A stretch of DNA of 64,000 nucleotides from an uncultured Chloroflexia bacterium (GTDB lineage Bacteria; Chloroflexota; Limnocylindria; Limnocylindrales; CSP1-4), in NCBI GenBank assembly GCA_963713975.1, contig OY970218.1, positions 2,528,001 through 2,592,000 of the forward strand, written 5' to 3'. The notes below the pieces were generated by a model that did no database searches, was not told the origin of the DNA, and was given only the letters and a program-made list of their open reading frames with translations. The translations under genes were made by a program, and so were the position numbers. Positions 13,242 to 24,696 of the stretch are shown here, piece after piece; the first letter of the stretch is position 1, and each line of letters starts with the position of its first letter.

Positions 13242-14463
13242 GAGGCGATCCCGTCCACGAGGGCGGCGGCGCGGGCCAGGCACGCGGCCGCGGACAGGTT
13301 GGCGTCCGCAAACACGGGTCCGGCCGCACCCATGGCACTCGCGAGGGCGGGCTCCGCGCGAAGCCAGGTGAGCGCTTCGAGGATGGCCCCGGTTTCGTCC
13401 AGCCGGGACCGTGAGTCCCGGCGCCGGATCGCCCCATCTCCCGGGCCGAGGGGCTGTCCTCGGGCACGGCGGCGACGATCGGCCGCCCCGCGGCGAAGTA
13501 GCTCGTCAGCTTGGAGGGCAGGGACATGTCACTCCTGCATGGCCCGCTCCGACAGGAGCAGGACGTCTGCCGCCGACGAGGAGGGTCGCGTAGACGCCGT
13601 CCGGCTGGACCGGCAGGAGGTCCAGCGTGGCGATGCCCTCCGCGGCGTCTCGAAGCCGGTTCGCCTGGTTCCCGCCCCCGACGAGGACGAAGTGGACCGG
13701 GTCTCCCCGCTGCGCGGCAAGGCGGGCCGCATCGACCACTTGGTCCAGGCCCTGCTTGGCGCCCATGTTGCCCGCGTGCAGGACGATCTGGCGGTCGTCC
13801 GGCCAGCCGAAGCAGCCGGCGGATCGACGCCGCGTCCGGCTCGGCGGCGCAAGGCGAGCCCAGTTGGGGACGTGGTGGATCCGGTCCTGGCGCGACGCCG
13901 AGCGAGGTGAGGTACGGGGTGAAGGCATCGGTGACGACCGCCGACCGCCTGGGCCCCGCCTGCCGCCCAGCGCCTCGGCGGCGGCCGTCACGCGGGCGAC
14001 CGTCCCGCCGCCCGCGATGCCGGACTGGCGGGCTGCCGGGCCCATGAGGTCCTGGAACAGGAGACCGTACGGGCTCCGGAACGCGCCGCCCGGCAATCCG
14101 CGCGAGGATGCCGCCGGAGAGGCTGGGCACGACGCCCAGGATCGCGTCCGGGCGGTTGGATCGGGAGGCTCGCGAGGAGTCCCGTCAGCCCGAAGGTGCC
14201 CTCGTAGACGGCCCGCTTGCCGGCCGACTGGGTGCCGGGGACGTAGTGGGCGGCCCGGATGACCGTCACGCCATCGATCTGCTCGGTTGCGAGCAGGCGG
14301 CGGGGCGTGCCGCGGTTGAGCCGCCAGCCGGGGTAGCTGGGCAGGCCGGTGATCACGTGACCTCGTCGCCGCGGGCCGCCAGGTGCTCCGCGAGTCCCGC
14401 GGTGTACGGACCGACACCGCTTGGCTCCGGGCGGTAGTTGATCCCGACGATGAGGACGCGCAT
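13238..14463 (-). pseudogene. WcaI-like GT4 glycosyltransferase with multiple frameshifts
   Basis: Fragments MRVLIVGINYRPEPSGVGPY, HAGNMGAKQGL and [14 protein letters not shown] lie in different frames. Confidence 0.75.
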
Positions 14464-14488
14464 TGCGTGCCAGTCCGTCCGCGCCCGG

Positions 14489-16126
14489 TCAGCCGTTGGG
14501 CTCTGTCAGTGCGCCGGTGGCACCCGTCGCGGCGGCGGCCGCCGCGGGGGCGGTGCCCGTCGCGGCCTTGGCGTCCTCGTTCTTGGTCCCGTAGTAGTCG
14601 TAGTAGACGTATTCGTTGGCCGCCCGAGCCGACATCCGGTTGAGCGCGACGCCAAGGACCCGGGCGCCGGCCTTCGCGAGCGCCTCACGGCCGTGCTGCG
14701 TCGCCGCTCGGCGGGTGCGCCCGCTGTCGATGACCAGGAGCGTCCCGTCCGTGATGGAGGCCAGGATCGCGGCGTCGGTCACGGCCTGCAGCGGCGGGCT
14801 GTCGACGATCACGAGGTCCGCTGCCGCCGTCAGCCGCTCCAGGATGGTCCGCATCCGCTGTGAGGCCAGGAGCTCGGCCGGGTTGGGCGGCAGCGGCCCC
14901 GTGGTGACGATCCGCAGGTTCTCCTGCTCCGTGAGCTGCGCGACGTCGTCGATGGTGGCCTCGTCGCCGCCCAAGAGCGTCGTCAGGCCCCAGGCGTTGG
15001 TCATGTCGAACAAGCGGTTGACGCCGGGCTTGCGCAGGTCGGCGTCCAGGAGGATGACATTCCTGCCGGCCTGCGCGAACGCCACGGCGAGGTTGCCGGC
15101 GGTCGTCGTCTTGCCCTCGCTGGGGATGGAGCTGGTGACGAGGAGCGTGCGGACGGGCTCGTCCACGGAGGCGAAGGCGAGGTTCGTGCGCAGCGTGCGG
15201 TAGGCCTCCGCGGCCGGACCGCGCGGGTAGAGGAGGGTGGCGAGGCGGTAGATGTCGCTGCGGCCCTTCTCGCTCTTCATCTTGAGGATGGTGCCCAGCG
15301 TCGGGAGGCCGGTGGCTTCCTCGACGTCCTCGGACGACTTCACGGTGTCGTCCAGGTACTCCATGACGAACGCGATCCCCAGGGCGATGAGCAGCCCGAC
15401 GAGGATCGCGAGCAGGGTGTTGAGGAGCACCCGCGGGGAGGAGGGGAGCGCGGGCGGTGTCGCGGGATCCACGACGGTGACGGCGTTCGCGGTGGACCCG
15501 GCGATGCCCACCAGCGCGGCGTAGGACTGGCGGAGGCTGGCGACCTGTGACTTGAGCGCCGTCAGCTGCTGGTCGTCCTCGACGGTCCGGGCCGGGAGAC
15601 CGGCCAGCCGGTCGATCTCCGCCTGGGTTTCCTCGATCTGCGCCTGGGTGGCCATGACCTGCTGCCCGATGAAGGCCTGGACCTCACCGTTCTGGCCGTA
15701 GACGCTGGCAGACGCGGCGATCATCTGGCTCGCGATGTCGTTGGCGAGGTCCGCCGCAAGCGCCGGATCACCGTCCTCCACCGAGACCGTGACGAGGGTG
15801 GAATCGCGCGCCGCCGTGGACGTCACGAGCTTGCGGAACTCGTCCGGGGTGGTATCGAGTCCGGCGTCCGCGATCACCTGGGCCAGGATGGGGCCGGTAG
15901 TGGCGAGGTTCGCGTACGTCTGCGAGATCCGCTGGCTTGCCAGCAGGTCGTTGTAGTTGACGCCGGACGATGCGCTGGCCTCGCCCACGAGCAGCGTGAC
16001 CTGCGCCTCGTAGACCTTGGGCAGCGAGATCGAGACGAGATAGGCGGAGCCCCCGGCCAGCAGGGCGCCTGCGACAAGCAGCCAGAACCAATGGCGGACG
16101 ATCTGGCCCTGGCGGCGGAGATCCAT
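14489..16126 (-). CDS. Polysaccharide co-polymerase / tyrosine autokinase (Wzc/CpsCD fusion)
   Basis: Wzz N-domain, EGKTT Walker A, DADLRKP, VDSPP, and a C-terminal Tyr cluster YVYYDYY. Confidence 0.92.
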   Translation of the reverse strand: MDLRRQGQIVRHWFWLLVAGALLAGGSAYLVSISLPKVYEAQVTLLVGEASASSGVNYNDLLASQRISQTYANLATTGPILAQVIADAGLDTTPDEFRKLVTSTAARDSTLVTVSVEDGDPALAADLANDIASQMIAASASVYGQNGEVQAFIGQQVMATQAQIEETQAEIDRLAGLPARTVEDDQQLTALKSQVASLRQSYAALVGIAGSTANAVTVVDPATPPALPSSPRVLLNTLLAILVGLLIALGIAFVMEYLDDTVKSSEDVEEATGLPTLGTILKMKSEKGRSDIYRLATLLYPRGPAAEAYRTLRTNLAFASVDEPVRTLLVTSSIPSEGKTTTAGNLAVAFAQAGRNVILLDADLRKPGVNRLFDMTNAWGLTTLLGGDEATIDDVAQLTEQENLRIVTTGPLPPNPAELLASQRMRTILERLTAAADLVIVDSPPLQAVTDAAILASITDGTLLVIDSGRTRRAATQHGREALAKAGARVLGVALNRMSARAANEYVYYDYYGTKNEDAKAATGTAPAAAAAATGATGALTEPNG

Positions 16127-16255
16127 CGGTTGGCAGTCCCCCTACGGGATCCCGGGGAGGCGGATCCTCCCGATCACGACGCGTCGGCCTGCGTCGCCGT
16201 CACCGGGTCCGCTTGCGAGTATACAGACGGGTCCGAGCGGTCAAGCGGTCGCCGA

Positions 16256-18263
16256 TCACGGGGTCGCCCGGGGCGCATAGCGCAGCTCCAGCGTCAGGTC
16301 CTGGTCGAATGTCGTCTCGAGGGTGGCAGTGTCCCCGACGACGGCCAGCTCCGGGTCGGCGTCGGTGATCAGGAAGCCTTCCGGAACACGGATCGTGAGG
16401 GCGAGGGGTCCCGGCAGCAGCCCGGGCTGCTTCTGGATCGTCAGGCGGTAGGTGCCGCCGGTCTCGTCCGCGTCCGCGGCGTACGGGCTCGTCCAGGCAT
16501 AGGTGAGGTTGGTCCGCCCGGCCGGGATCTTGAGGTAGTTGGCGAATACCGCCCGGCCGTTGGCCTCCTCTACGACCGCCGGATCGCTGAGCGCCACGTA
16601 GCTCCCGCCAGAGACCTCCTCGACGCGACTCAGCTCCGGCACCAGGAGCCGGAAGTACATGCCCAGGAGCCGGAGGTCGCCGGCGATGGGCAGTGCCCGG
16701 TATGGGGCGCCTACGTCGGTCTCGATGCCGTTGTCCCAGGTCACCTTGAGGCGGTCCAGGGCGTTGCCGTACTCGTCGATCTGCACCTCGAGATCCAGGG
16801 ACCGGGTGGTGACGGCGTTGAGCTTGGATGTGGGGGCGACGTTGGAGTCGACCGGGTACACGTAGTCGCCGGGATCCTGCCGGATGGCGACCGTCGAACC
16901 CGTTCTCGACGACGAGGGCCTGGGCATCGGGGTCCTTGAACCAGGCGAGCAGGAGCCGACCGCGGCGGTAGGTGTCGGCGTCACCGGCCAGCCGTCCCCA
17001 GCTCTCGGGCGGCAGGCCCAGCAGCGAGGCGAACAGCTGCTGCGCGAAGGGGCCGAGGACGGCCTTGCGTTCCGTGGTCCCGTCGGCCGTCGCCGCCCAG
17101 ATCGCCTGCATCAGCTTGATCGTCGTCTCGCCCGGGGCGATGGTCACGTCATAGCCGGGCACCGCGATCGGCCCCGTGAGCTCGAGCAGGCGGTCGATGG
17201 TGTCGGTGCTGAGCGCGATCACGCCGTCGATATGGGTGTCGCCCGACTCGTTCTCGTAGAGGCGGATGGCGTCCCGGGCGCTGGTGGGGAAGTCCGGGGA
17301 CCAGTTCGCATCGGCAAGCTGCCAGGGCTGCTGCTCGCCCAGCAGGTAGTCGTGCAGCTCCTGCGGGCCCTTGATGAACGGATAGTCCCACGGCAGGTCG
17401 ATGTGGGCGATGTCCTGGAACGCGCTCTCGGTGATCCGGCCCTTGTCGAAGGCGATGATCCCGTAGCTCCCGGTGTAGCCGCCGGTGGGTCGCAGCTCGG
17501 CCGGGTTCTGGGTCAGGACCAGGTAGCGCCGCGGCGCGTCCCAGCCGAGGATCGCGGGCAGCGGGCCGCTCGCCGTGGCGAGGCCGTCCACCATCGGGCC
17601 GTACTCGTCCAGGCGGGTGATCAGGGCGTCGCGCGCGTCTTGCAGCGGGGCCACGAGGCCATCCGGTACGGTGGCCAGCGTCTGTCTCGCCGACTTTATG
17701 GCGGCCTGGACACCGGCGATCGGCTCGCGGGAGGTGGCCACCAGCTCCACGAGCTGGGACAGAGCCGATCCGCCCGCCGGGTCCGCCGCCTGCGCCTCCT
17801 TGATCTCGACGAACCGGCGCCCGATCGCGACGCCGTCGTCGGCCGCGCCGAACAGCTGCCCGGCCGCCGTCACGATGGCGTCGGCGCCCTCGATGTTTGC
17901 GGCCGTGACGGGGATGGCACGCGCGACCGCCACCAGGGGGTCGTTGGCCAGCAGGTATTCCAGGTTGTTGAAGCGGGCCCGGGATGCCGCCAGGTCCGTC
18001 TCGAGGGCATCCACCGTGGCCCGGTCCATGTCCAGGCCCACTTCTCGGATCCGGCCGACCATCTGCTCGAGGTCGCCACGGATCGCCTTCGCGTCGTCGT
18101 AGGCCGGGAGGTAGCGGAAGGCCGCCAGGGCGCCGCCGATGGCGACGAGGACGACCAGGAGCGCCCCGACGCCCAGGCCGACCAGCAGCAGCTTGCGGCG
18201 GCGGGAGCGGACGCGCCGTCGCCGCCGACGTCGGTGGTTCGTGGGTGCGGGATCCTCGCTCAC
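16256..18263 (-). CDS. DUF4012 domain membrane protein, one frameshift near 16890
   Basis: YLVLTQNPAELRPTGG, DANWSPDFPTSA and IDGVIA; the C-terminal part (NVAPTSKLN, IQKQPG) is in an adjacent frame. Confidence 0.8.
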
Positions 18264-18973
18264 GACTGCGGCACCGCGATGACGATGAACCGCGGCGCCG
18301 TCGCGAAGTAGGAGGTCGAGGTCTGGAGCGTGAGCTGCTCGGCGGGCGTGGGATCGAGGTACTCCAGGGCATCCCACGGGACCTTCGGGAGGACCTTGGT
18401 CACGACGTAGGTGCGCTGCGTGCCATCGGCGAGGTCGAGCAGGACGATGTCACCCTTGCGCGCGTCCCAGAGCTTGATGAACATGCCCTCGCGGGCGTGG
18501 CCGTAGATGTAGATGTTCGTGCCGCCGCCCGGCCACCCGGTCCCGGGGAAGTGGGCCGCCTTGCCGATCGGGGCATCGATCCCGTCACCCTCGATGATCT
18601 TCTGGTCGATCCCGAGGCGCTCGATACGGATGCGTTTGGCCTTGACCTCGCCGGCGGAGGTGGCGTCGGGCGTCGCGTCCGGGGTCGGTTCGGGCGCTCC
18701 GCTGGTGTCGGGCGCGGGCGTTGACGTCGGGGCGCCGGCTATCGGCGGTTCCGTCGCGGCCGCTGGTTCCGTCGTGGCCGCGTCCGTCGCCACGGCGGCC
18801 GGAGGGGTGGTTGCCGAGGACGCCGTGCCGCGCAGGCCGCCACCCAGGATGAAGGCGAGCGAGGCGCCCGCGAGGACGATGACAAGGACGCCCGCGGCAA
18901 TGACCACGCCACGACCACGGCCGGCCATCCAGCCCGGGCGCTCGGAACGAGGGCGGCGGTCTGGATCGGTCAC
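18260..18973 (-). CDS. Sortase family protein (catalytic Cys replaced by Ser)
   Basis: N-terminal TM, PGGGTNIYIYGHAR, GDIVLL, YVVT, LTLQTS and PRFIVIA. Confidence 0.85.
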   Translation of the reverse strand: MTDPDRRPRSERPGWMAGRGRGVVIAAGVLVIVLAGASLAFILGGGLRGTASSATTPPAAVATDAATTEPAAATEPPIAGAPTSTPAPDTSGAPEPTPDATPDATSAGEVKAKRIRIERLGIDQKIIEGDGIDAPIGKAAHFPGTGWPGGGTNIYIYGHAREGMFIKLWDARKGDIVLLDLADGTQRTYVVTKVLPKVPWDALEYLDPTPAEQLTLQTSTSYFATAPRFIVIAVPQS

Positions 18974-19035
18974 CTGATCAGGCTAGCCCAATCCGCCGCA
19001 GGAAAGGCAGAGCGATCTGGCGCCCGGGATGCGCG

Positions 19036-19557
19036 TCAGCGCCTCGCCAGGACCCCGCGAAGGACGAGGCCGCCACCGCCTGCAAGCGCCAGCAGGGCGA
19101 GCAGGGTGCCGAGGAATGGCTCCGTGCGAGTGGGCATCGTGCCCGCCAGGGTGGAGGTGCGCGGGAGGCTCGCCGTGGTGATGTTGAGGGTGATCGTGCC
19201 GACGACTCCATCGGCCCTGGCACGAAGAACCCGGCTGCCGGGCACGCAGGCAATGTTGACAGTCGTCTTCGCGACACCGCTGGAGTTCGTGGTCGTCGGC
19301 GTCTTGTTGATCCTGTCCGACTTGGTCACGCGCGACTTCCAGGACCACGCGACCGGCTGGCCCGCGATGCGTTTGCCATTCTTGTCCTGGATCGTCGCCG
19401 AGATCGTGACGTTGACGCCGCACTTGAGCTTGCCGCCGGGCCGGGACACGGAGACGCTCGAGGCGACCTCACCTGCGTACCCGAGGGCGGTGCCGGCAGC
19501 GAAGACGGCGAGCGTGAGGGCAGCGAATGCGGTGAGCCACCGCCGGCGACTGGTCAT
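19036..19557 (-). CDS. Secreted Ig-like (Big-1) protein with LPxTS cell-wall sorting signal
   Basis: Signal peptide, TTNSSGVAK Big-1 motif, then LPRTS, hydrophobic helix and a terminal RR. Confidence 0.75.
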   Translation of the reverse strand: MTSRRRWLTAFAALTLAVFAAGTALGYAGEVASSVSVSRPGGKLKCGVNVTISATIQDKNGKRIAGQPVAWSWKSRVTKSDRINKTPTTTNSSGVAKTTVNIACVPGSRVLRARADGVVGTITLNITTASLPRTSTLAGTMPTRTEPFLGTLLALLALAGGGGLVLRGVLARR

Positions 19558-19715
19558 CCCTGTCATCTCCCCAGCTTCGGGACGCATCCTCACAGTCGGC
19601 TCACCAAACTACGCGAGCCGCCATGGTTCCCGGCCATCATACGCTCGGGCCGCAACGGCCAATTGGCCCAGGTCGCGGCCTACCCGATCGGGCGTCACTG
19701 GGGCAGGATGGGGGG

Positions 19716-20993
19716 ATGCGGATCCTCCTCTGGCACGGCTACCTGCTGGGCGGCACCGGTTCCAACGTGTACACGCGCCAGCTTGCCCGCGCGTGGATGC
19801 ATGCCGGGCACGACGTCACGGTCTTCTCACAGGACCCGGATCCCGGCGCATACGACCTGGGTGGCGCGCGTGTCGTCCGCCCCGATGTGGGGGGCCTGCT
19901 GCCGGTCTTCGTGCTCGATCGCTACGACGGTTACGAGGTCAAGCTGCTCGGGGACTGCAGCGAGGACGAGCTGGGAAGATGGGTGGAGGCGAATGCCGCG
20001 GCCGTGCGGGCGCATCTCCCGGCCGACCTCGTCTTCGCCAATCACGTCCTGCTGGGCGGCCCCGTGGGGATGGCGAGCGGCGCCCGCTTCGCGGTGAAGG
20101 CCCACGGCTCCGAGCTCGAGTACGCGATGCGGGGCGACGCGCGGCTGGCGGCCTGGGGAGCACAGTGCCTGCGGGAGGCCGCCGCGACGTTCGTCGGCTC
20201 CGCCCACACTCGCGGCGTGCTCGAGGACGTGTGTGGTCATGTCGATGGCGTGCACGAGGTCCCGCCCGGTGTCGATGTCGATTCCTGGCGACCGGAGGCC
20301 CGGTCTGTTGCGCTCGAGGCCCTCATCGCGGAGGCACGAGCGGACCCACCGAACCCGGGCAACGCGGAGGAGCGGCTGCCCGACGAGGGGAACGCCGAGC
20401 GACTGGCGCGGTTCCTGGCCGGCGACCGGCCGACGGTCGTGTACTTCGGGAAGCTGATGCGCAACAAGGGCGTGCACCTGCTCCTCGAGGCGCTCCGGGG
20501 TGGGGCTGTGAAGGGCGTCGACGCGCGTGCCGGGGTCGATGCGCGTGCTGTCGTCGTCGGGTTCGGGGAGGATCGCGCGGAGCTGGAGGCGATCGCCGGC
20601 CCCGATGTCCTGTTCACGGGGCCGCTGGAGCACCGGCACCTCGTGCACCTGCTCGCGCTGGCCGATGCGTGCGTCGTGCCGTCGATCTTCCCCGAGGCCT
20701 TCGGGATGGTCGCCGCCGAGGCTGCCGCGGCCGGCTGCCCGCCGCTCGTCGCGCGTCACTCGGGACTGGCCGAGATCGCCGATGGACTGGAGGCGGCGTA
20801 CCCGCTGGCACTGCGCCACCTGGCGGGCTTCACCACGGGCGATGTGGCGGATTTGCGCGCGAAGCTCGACGAGCTGTTGGGCCTCGGTCCGGACGATCGG
20901 GAGGCGATCCGCGAGGCGGCACGCCGGGCCGTGCTGGAACGCTGGAGCTGGACCGGCGTCGCCCGGCGCCTGCTGGAACCGCTTGGCGGCTGA
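19716..20993 (+). CDS. GT4 glycosyltransferase
   Basis: MRILLWHGYLLGGTGSNVY, YFGKLMRNKG and PEAFGMVAAEA. Confidence 0.9.
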   Translation: MRILLWHGYLLGGTGSNVYTRQLARAWMHAGHDVTVFSQDPDPGAYDLGGARVVRPDVGGLLPVFVLDRYDGYEVKLLGDCSEDELGRWVEANAAAVRAHLPADLVFANHVLLGGPVGMASGARFAVKAHGSELEYAMRGDARLAAWGAQCLREAAATFVGSAHTRGVLEDVCGHVDGVHEVPPGVDVDSWRPEARSVALEALIAEARADPPNPGNAEERLPDEGNAERLARFLAGDRPTVVYFGKLMRNKGVHLLLEALRGGAVKGVDARAGVDARAVVVGFGEDRAELEAIAGPDVLFTGPLEHRHLVHLLALADACVVPSIFPEAFGMVAAEAAAAGCPPLVARHSGLAEIADGLEAAYPLALRHLAGFTTGDVADLRAKLDELLGLGPDDREAIREAARRAVLERWSWTGVARRLLEPLGG

Positions 20994-21067
20994 TCCGGGG
21001 TACCGCAGCGGGGCGGGGCGGATCCCGTGCCCGCGGCGGCGGGCGACCTTGCGCCACCGGCCAGCCT

Positions 21068-21219
21068 TGCGCCGCCGGGCGACCAAACGGTCGGGCGCCG
21101 TACGGTTTGCGCCGCCCACTGGCACATCCGTGGGGTGGAGGTGCCCTGCCAGACGACAGACGTGCCGCCAGGCGACTCAAACGCAGGTGGACCCGACGGT
21201 ACAACCGCTGGGCGGCACG
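21068..21219. repeat. ~152-bp imperfect palindromic intergenic element, copy 1
   Basis: Colinear, without gaps, with the reverse complement of 24527-24678. Confidence 0.75.
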
Positions 21220-21358
21220 CCGGGCGATGGGCGGCACGCGGGGCGCTGAGCGGCACAACGGCGGGGGCGGTGGGGCGGCGCGGCCCGGCATTGGTTGCCG
21301 TAGGCAAGCAATCGGCCTAGGCTGGGCCCAGGGCACGGACGCCCGGGGAGGCAGCGCC

Positions 21359-22072
<714 letters not shown>

Positions 22073-22082
22073 GGCTGGTCCG

Positions 22083-24446
22083 GTGAGACTGCTCCGGCGC
22101 TCGCTCCGGCGTGACCTGCGCGCGCGGTGGGCCCAGTTCACCGCCGTGGGCGTCACGATCGTCCTCGGCGTCGGGCTGTTCGGCGCCTCGTTCGATGCGT
22201 TCCAGAACCTGACGGCCTCCTACCAGAAGATGTACCAGGAGCTGGCGTTCGCCGACCTAGTGGCGGCCGGCGGGCCCGTGGAGGATGTGGCCGCTGCCGG
22301 GAGCGCGGTTCCGGGCGTGGACGCCACGACGGTCCGGGCCGTGGGCGAGGTCCCGGTCAGGATCGGCGAGCACGACCAGCTCGCCCGGATCATCGGCCTG
22401 CCCGCGGACGGGAAGCCCGCGGTGGACGGCGTCCTCGTCCTGCGCGGCGCGAACCTCGATCCCAGCAGGGAGGACCAGGTGCTCGTGGAGCAGCACATGG
22501 CCGGCGCCCGGAACCTCGAGCCCGGCGACACGCTGGAGGTCATGGCCGCCGATGGCTGGCGAACGGTCGAGGTCGCTGGCATCGTCGCGTCGCCCGAGTA
22601 CCTGTGGCCGGCGCGCAGCCGCCAGGAGGTGCTGACCCCGTTCGACCAGTGGGGCGTCCTGTTCGGCCCGGGCGCGCTTGTGGAGGCGCTGCCTCCCGCC
22701 GCGATCCAGCGCGAGGCCCTGTTCCTGCTGGCGCCGGATGGCCCCGACGGTGCGCTCGGCACACTCGAGGCGGCCATCCTGGGCGCAGGTGCGGTGTCCA
22801 CGGAGACCCAGGATCAGCAGCCCTCGAGCGCCACGCTGCAGGAGGACGTGAACGGGTTCGGCGAGCTCTCGATCGCATTCCCCGCGATGTTCCTGCTGGC
22901 GGGCGCCCTCGCGCTGTCGGTGCTCCTGGGCCGGATCGTGGCGAGCCAGCGGGCGCAGATCGGCATGCTGCTCGCGAGCGGATTCTCCCGTCGCTCGATC
23001 CTGCGCCACTACCTGGCGTTCGGGCTCATCGTCGGGCTGGTGGGGTCCGTGCTGGGTGTCATCCTGGGCGCCCTGGCCGCCGCCACGATCTCGCGGCTCT
23101 ACACCGCCACGATCTCGGTGCCGATCACCGTGATCGAGGTGCGCCCGCTGACGATCCTGGTGGGCCTGGCCATGGGCACGGTCGCCGGAGCGGCCGCGGC
23201 CTACCTGCCGGCACGCCGCGCGTCCCGCACGTCACCGGCGGAGGCAATGCGCGGCGAGTTGCCCGCCGGACACGGCTCCATCAGCCTGGTCGAGCGCCTT
23301 CTCCCGCCGGTTCGCCGGCTGCCGACGCGCTGGCTCGTGTCGCTGCGGGGCCTGGGCCGCAGCCCGCGCCGGACGGTCTCGACGATCCTCGGGATCGCCA
23401 TCGCCACCATGCTGGTCCTCGTGTCGTGGGGGATGATCGATACCGTCCAGGTGCTGCTCGACCGCCAGTTCGGCCTGGTCCAGCGGCAGGATGCCGCGGT
23501 GCTCCTTGTCGCGCCCATGCCCGCCGGGGAGGTGGGGTCCGCGCTCGGGGTTGACGGTGTCGCGGCCGCGGAGCCGGAGCTCGACGCGCAGGGCGCCATC
23601 GTGCACGGGGACGCCCGGTACGCGACCACGATCGTCGGCCTGCGCCCGGACACGACGATGCATGGCTTCATCGCGCCCGACGGGTCCACGCTCGCCCTCC
23701 CGGCGCGGGGCCTGCTCCTCGGTGCCGCCCTGCGGGACCGCCTCGACGTGGGCGTCGGCGACGACGTGGACGTCGACCTGGGTGGCGGGAACGTGACGAG
23801 CCTGCCGGTGGCCGGGTTCGTGGACGAGCCCTTCGGCACGTACGCCTACGCCTCGCTGGATACCGTGGCGGGATTGACCGGCCGGGCCGCCGGTGATCCG
23901 CTCGTGAGCTCCGCGCTCGTCCGGTACGGCGCCGGGGCCGATCCGACGGCGGTCGCGGACCGGCTGAGCGCGCTGCCGACGGTGGCCGCCGTCGTCGCGA
24001 GCCGCGGCCTGTACGACCTCGCCCAGCAGTTCATGGGCCTGTTCTACGTGTTCATCGGGGTGATGCTGGTGTTTGGCGCGGTGATGGCGTTCGCGCTCAT
24101 CTTCAACACCATGACCGCCAACATCGCGGAACGGGCGACCGAGCTCGCGGCCCTGCGGGCGCTGGGGATGGCGAGCGGCACCGTGTCCCGCCTCGTGACC
24201 GCCGAGAACCTCCTCCTGACGATCCTGGGCCTCGTGCCGGGGCTGGTCGGGGGCTACCTGCTGGCCGCCGTGTTCATGGCCAGCTTCTCCAGCGACCTGT
24301 TCAGCTTCGACCTGCACGTGCGCCCCACGACGTTCCTCGTCACGGCACTCTCGATCCTCCTGGTGGCCGTGATCTCGCAGGTCCCGGCCCTGCGGAGCGT
24401 GGGTCGCATGGACCTTGGCCGGATCGTGCGCGAGGGGGCGACCTAA
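22083..24446 (+). CDS. FtsX/MacB-type ABC permease
   Basis: Two FtsX-like TM blocks (QIGMLLASG, ELAALRALG) with large extracytoplasmic domains. Confidence 0.9.
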   Translation: MRLLRRSLRRDLRARWAQFTAVGVTIVLGVGLFGASFDAFQNLTASYQKMYQELAFADLVAAGGPVEDVAAAGSAVPGVDATTVRAVGEVPVRIGEHDQLARIIGLPADGKPAVDGVLVLRGANLDPSREDQVLVEQHMAGARNLEPGDTLEVMAADGWRTVEVAGIVASPEYLWPARSRQEVLTPFDQWGVLFGPGALVEALPPAAIQREALFLLAPDGPDGALGTLEAAILGAGAVSTETQDQQPSSATLQEDVNGFGELSIAFPAMFLLAGALALSVLLGRIVASQRAQIGMLLASGFSRRSILRHYLAFGLIVGLVGSVLGVILGALAAATISRLYTATISVPITVIEVRPLTILVGLAMGTVAGAAAAYLPARRASRTSPAEAMRGELPAGHGSISLVERLLPPVRRLPTRWLVSLRGLGRSPRRTVSTILGIAIATMLVLVSWGMIDTVQVLLDRQFGLVQRQDAAVLLVAPMPAGEVGSALGVDGVAAAEPELDAQGAIVHGDARYATTIVGLRPDTTMHGFIAPDGSTLALPARGLLLGAALRDRLDVGVGDDVDVDLGGGNVTSLPVAGFVDEPFGTYAYASLDTVAGLTGRAAGDPLVSSALVRYGAGADPTAVADRLSALPTVAAVVASRGLYDLAQQFMGLFYVFIGVMLVFGAVMAFALIFNTMTANIAERATELAALRALGMASGTVSRLVTAENLLLTILGLVPGLVGGYLLAAVFMASFSSDLFSFDLHVRPTTFLVTALSILLVAVISQVPALRSVGRMDLGRIVREGAT

Positions 24447-24526
24447 GCGGGCGTGCCGCGGGCGTGCCGCGGGCGTGCGACGGCCCCGGGCCGATGCCCA
24501 CCTCGCCCGTACCGCATCGCCGGGCC

Positions 24527-24678
24527 CGTGCCGCTGGGCGGTTGTACGGTCGGGTCCAGCCCCGTTTGCGCCGCTCAGCGGCACGCCTGTCGGGTGGCGG
24601 GGACGGTCCGCCCCATGGATGTGGCGCTCAACGGCTCAGAGCACAGCGCCCCCGACGGTTGAACCGGTGGGCGGCGCA
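24527..24678. repeat. ~152-bp imperfect palindromic intergenic element, copy 2 (inverted relative to copy 1)
   Basis: Shared blocks include cacatcc-tgggg, cgacag-cgtgccgc and tggacccgac-gtacaaccgc. Confidence 0.75.
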
Positions 24679-24696
24679 GCAGGGGCGGGCGGCGCA

